A DNA stretch of 10,055 bases, taken from positions 1 through 10,055 of the forward strand of contig NW_021827702.1 in NCBI RefSeq assembly GCF_006345805.1. Reading direction: 5' to 3'. Source of the DNA: Octopus sinensis. Its lineage: Eukaryota. Shown one piece after another: positions 7,800 to 10,055 of the stretch. The position numbers and the translations under genes are program-made. The notes under the pieces were generated by a model that saw only the letters and a program-made list of their open reading frames with translations, did no database searches and had not been told where the DNA came from. How positions within the stretch are numbered: position 1 is the first letter of the stretch; each line of letters opens with the position of its first letter.

Positions 7800-7854
7800 T
7801 GTGCCATAAAATAATACACCTGGTAGACTTTAGTTGCTGTTAGGAAGGACATCC
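7800..7854 (+). mobile_element. Short, old plus-strand fragment of the RTE 3' UTR
   Basis: gttgctgttaggaaggacatcca resembles gttggcgttaggaagggcatcca, the reverse complement of the family motif. Confidence 0.5.
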
Positions 7855-7860
7855 AATATC

Positions 7861-8210
7861 ATCATCATCATCATCATCGTTTAACGTCCGCTTTCCATGC
7901 TAGCATGGGTTGGACGATTTTGACTGAGGGCTGGCAAACCAGATGGCTGCACTAGGCTCCAATCTTGATTTGGCAGAGTTTCTACAGCTAGATGCCCTTC
8001 CTAACGCCAACCACTCCGAGAGTGTAGTGGGTCATTTTACATGCCACCGGCACGGGGGCCACTCAGGCGGTACTGGCAACGACCTTGCTCGAATCCTTTA
8101 ACACATGCCACCAGCACAGGTGCCAGTAAGGTGACTTTGGTAATGATCTCGCTCAAATGGTGCCCTTTTATGTGCCACCGGCATGAAAGCCAGTTGGCTG
8201 CTCTGGCTGA
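7861..8210 (-). mobile_element. Young 5'-truncated RTE-family 3' end (or RTE-tailed SINE) with a (GAT)n tail
   Basis: (ATC)n-gtttaacgtccgctttccatgctagcatgggttggacgattt is identical to the start of the 9100 copy. Candidate TSD AATATC at 7855-7860 and 8211-8216. Three internal repeat units of about 65 bp. Confidence 0.88.
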
Positions 8211-8465
8211 AATATCGGAGCAGACATCCTATACACAGACATCTTAAAAAGAAATAGACAGGAGTGGACAAAAGTATATACACGGTTGCTTTATGTGAGT
8301 GGAATGTTCTTTTTATTTCTGTTTCATTTCTATACTTAAGTGATTTATAAGTCAATAAGGGAATTATGGAGAAGTCTGGTAGTTCATAGGAAGTCCCCTT
8401 TTTTGATTTGTAGAGACTTAGTTTCACTTATATTAAGCAGCTGTATACCTAGTTTTGTCCACCAC

Positions 8466-8598
8466 TGTGTGTGTGTGTGTACACACATATACACACATAT
8501 ATACAAATACATATATGTGAATGCACATATAGATATATACATATTTAGAGAGAGAGAACCCCATATATACACATAGCCCCACAAACACACATGCATAA

Positions 8599-8637
<39 letters not shown>

Positions 8638-8711
8638 TGCACACAGATACATACAAAATGAACATATACATTACCATGTGCACACTTATGCATACACACA
8701 CACACACACAC
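8466..8711. repeat. Compound (TG)n/(CA)n/(TA)n microsatellite region
   Basis: Directly visible; it produces the CV-rich spurious ORFs. Confidence 0.92.
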
Positions 8712-9099
8712 CTAAATTTGCATATAAATCTTTAAAATACTGAATTACTGTTATTACATCGATAAAAGACTTAGATGTTATTAACGTAAAAAGGAGAAGC
8801 AGAAATAAACCACCACCACCATAGCAGCTGCTGCAACTGGCTCCACCTCCAACCCCCACACCTAACTGCACCCCAGCCACCCACAGCCTCCAAAAAGGGG
8901 ATGATGGTTGTTGAGAAGTGCAACAGATTTTATTTCTAAATTACTGGTTAAGTTCTGAATTGATGTCTAGAATGATGGAATCGTTAAAGATCTATATGTC
9001 TGTTCTAGAGACCATTCCATGTTCTATAGTGTAATTTGTATACCCCGTAGAATATTCCATATGTTCTACAGATCAATCTGCATACTCTATTAAGCATTA

Positions 9100-9442
9100 C
9101 ATCATCATCATCATCGTTTAACGTCCGCTTTCCATGCTAGCATGGGTTGGACGATTTGACTGAGGTTTGGCGAACCTGACTCCAATCTGATCTGGCAGAG
9201 CTTCTACAGCTGGATACCCTTCCTAACACCAACCACTCCAAGAGTGTAGTGGAGGTTTTTTACGTGCCACTGGCACGGGGCCAGTCGGGCAGTACTGGCA
9301 ATAACCTCGCTCGAATCTTTTTACACATGCCACCGGCACAGGAGCCAGTAAGGTGACATTGGTAACGATTATGCTCGAATGGTGCCCTTTTATGTGCCAC
9401 TGGCACGGAGCCAGTTGGCTGCTCTGGCAACGATCACGCTCG
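9100..9442 (-). mobile_element. Second young copy of the RTE-family 3' end
   Basis: Collinear and highly similar to 7861-8207 apart from a deletion of about 16 nt; it has the same three repeat units. Confidence 0.88.
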
Positions 9443-9672
9443 TTTTCTTTGCTGGTATGGGTTGAACAATTTAATAAGAACTGGTAAGCTGGAGAGCTAC
9501 ACCAGGCCCCAGGAGATGTTTTGGCATGATTTCTATGGATGGCTGCCCTTCTTAATAGCAGAGTGAACTGAGTGTTCCTTATTTGGCACCAGCGCCGGCG
9601 CTTTTTACATGGCACCATTCACAGGTGCTTTTTATGTTACTAGCACAGATGCTTTTTACAGGGAACCAGCAA
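9443..9672 (-). mobile_element. Older RTE-family 3' UTR copy (4414-type), directly abutting the young copy
   Basis: tgctggtatgggttgaacaattt...aactggtaag...ttctatggatggctgcccttctt parallels 4451-4555, followed by tgctttttacatggcacca-type short repeats. Confidence 0.7.
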
Positions 9673-10055
9673 TTATGTTGTGGATAATTTTATTTTTTAA
9701 TATTCTGAAAAGCATTCAATAATTTACATATCAATATAGTAATCTATATACACAGCACAGAAAGAAAAAAAAAACCGCACTTAATTTCACTATTTTTGCT
9801 AAAAGTTTCAACAGCAAATGCACACACCAATATGAATTATGATGGAAATAGATATTAAAAAAAACAAAAACAGTGAGCTATCAGCTAAACAAAGACATGA
9901 CTAGCATCAGCTTAACTTTATTTTCGCTACGGTAGTGGCCATGTGAAACGTGGGAGATTTCCTTGCTGCACATTGTGTAAACTCTATACAGATGAAGGCG
10001 AAGATACAAATAGTAATGTAGCATACTAACACTGTCACCACTACCAAATCATTAT

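Noticed and set aside
8035-8207. CRISPR-like repeat-spacer array
   Set aside because: The context is eukaryotic with no cas genes, the spacers are homologous to each other, and the whole array is duplicated as part of a retroposon.
8098-8427. 109-aa minus-strand ORF, and the 131-aa ORF at 9223..9618
   Set aside because: Both run across retroposon junctions in non-coding UTR sequence and show no recognisable domain.
9952-9962. NF-kB-like site GGGAGATTTCC
   Set aside because: A single short motif with no promoter context.

Overview
This is AT-rich, microsatellite-dense eukaryotic DNA with no intact protein-coding gene, most likely an intron or intergenic region of an octopus or other coleoid cephalopod. 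That assignment is inferred from recalled SINE/RTE tail sequences and has not been checked against a database. Much of the window is a mosaic of retroposons. These include tRNA-headed CORE-like SINEs (full copies at 1543-1898 minus and 6274-6644 plus, with several fragments) and six 3'-end pieces of an RTE-clade LINE family with (GAT)n tails. There is also an (AAT)n-tailed retroposon and a 566-bp internally deleted mariner transposon, with TIRs and TA duplication, nested in an old SINE tail. Almost all ORFs in the supplied track are microsatellite or repeat artefacts. The two recognisable peptides are a mariner transposase remnant (5125-5435) and an RTE ORF C-terminus (about 4690-4831, minus). 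The most notable structures are a perfect 39-bp inverted repeat at 3606-3697, tandem hairpin arrays in the RTE 3' UTRs, and several short minus-strand segments with canonical splice sites that may be exons of an unidentified host gene. I found no convincing evidence of a new multi-gene system.
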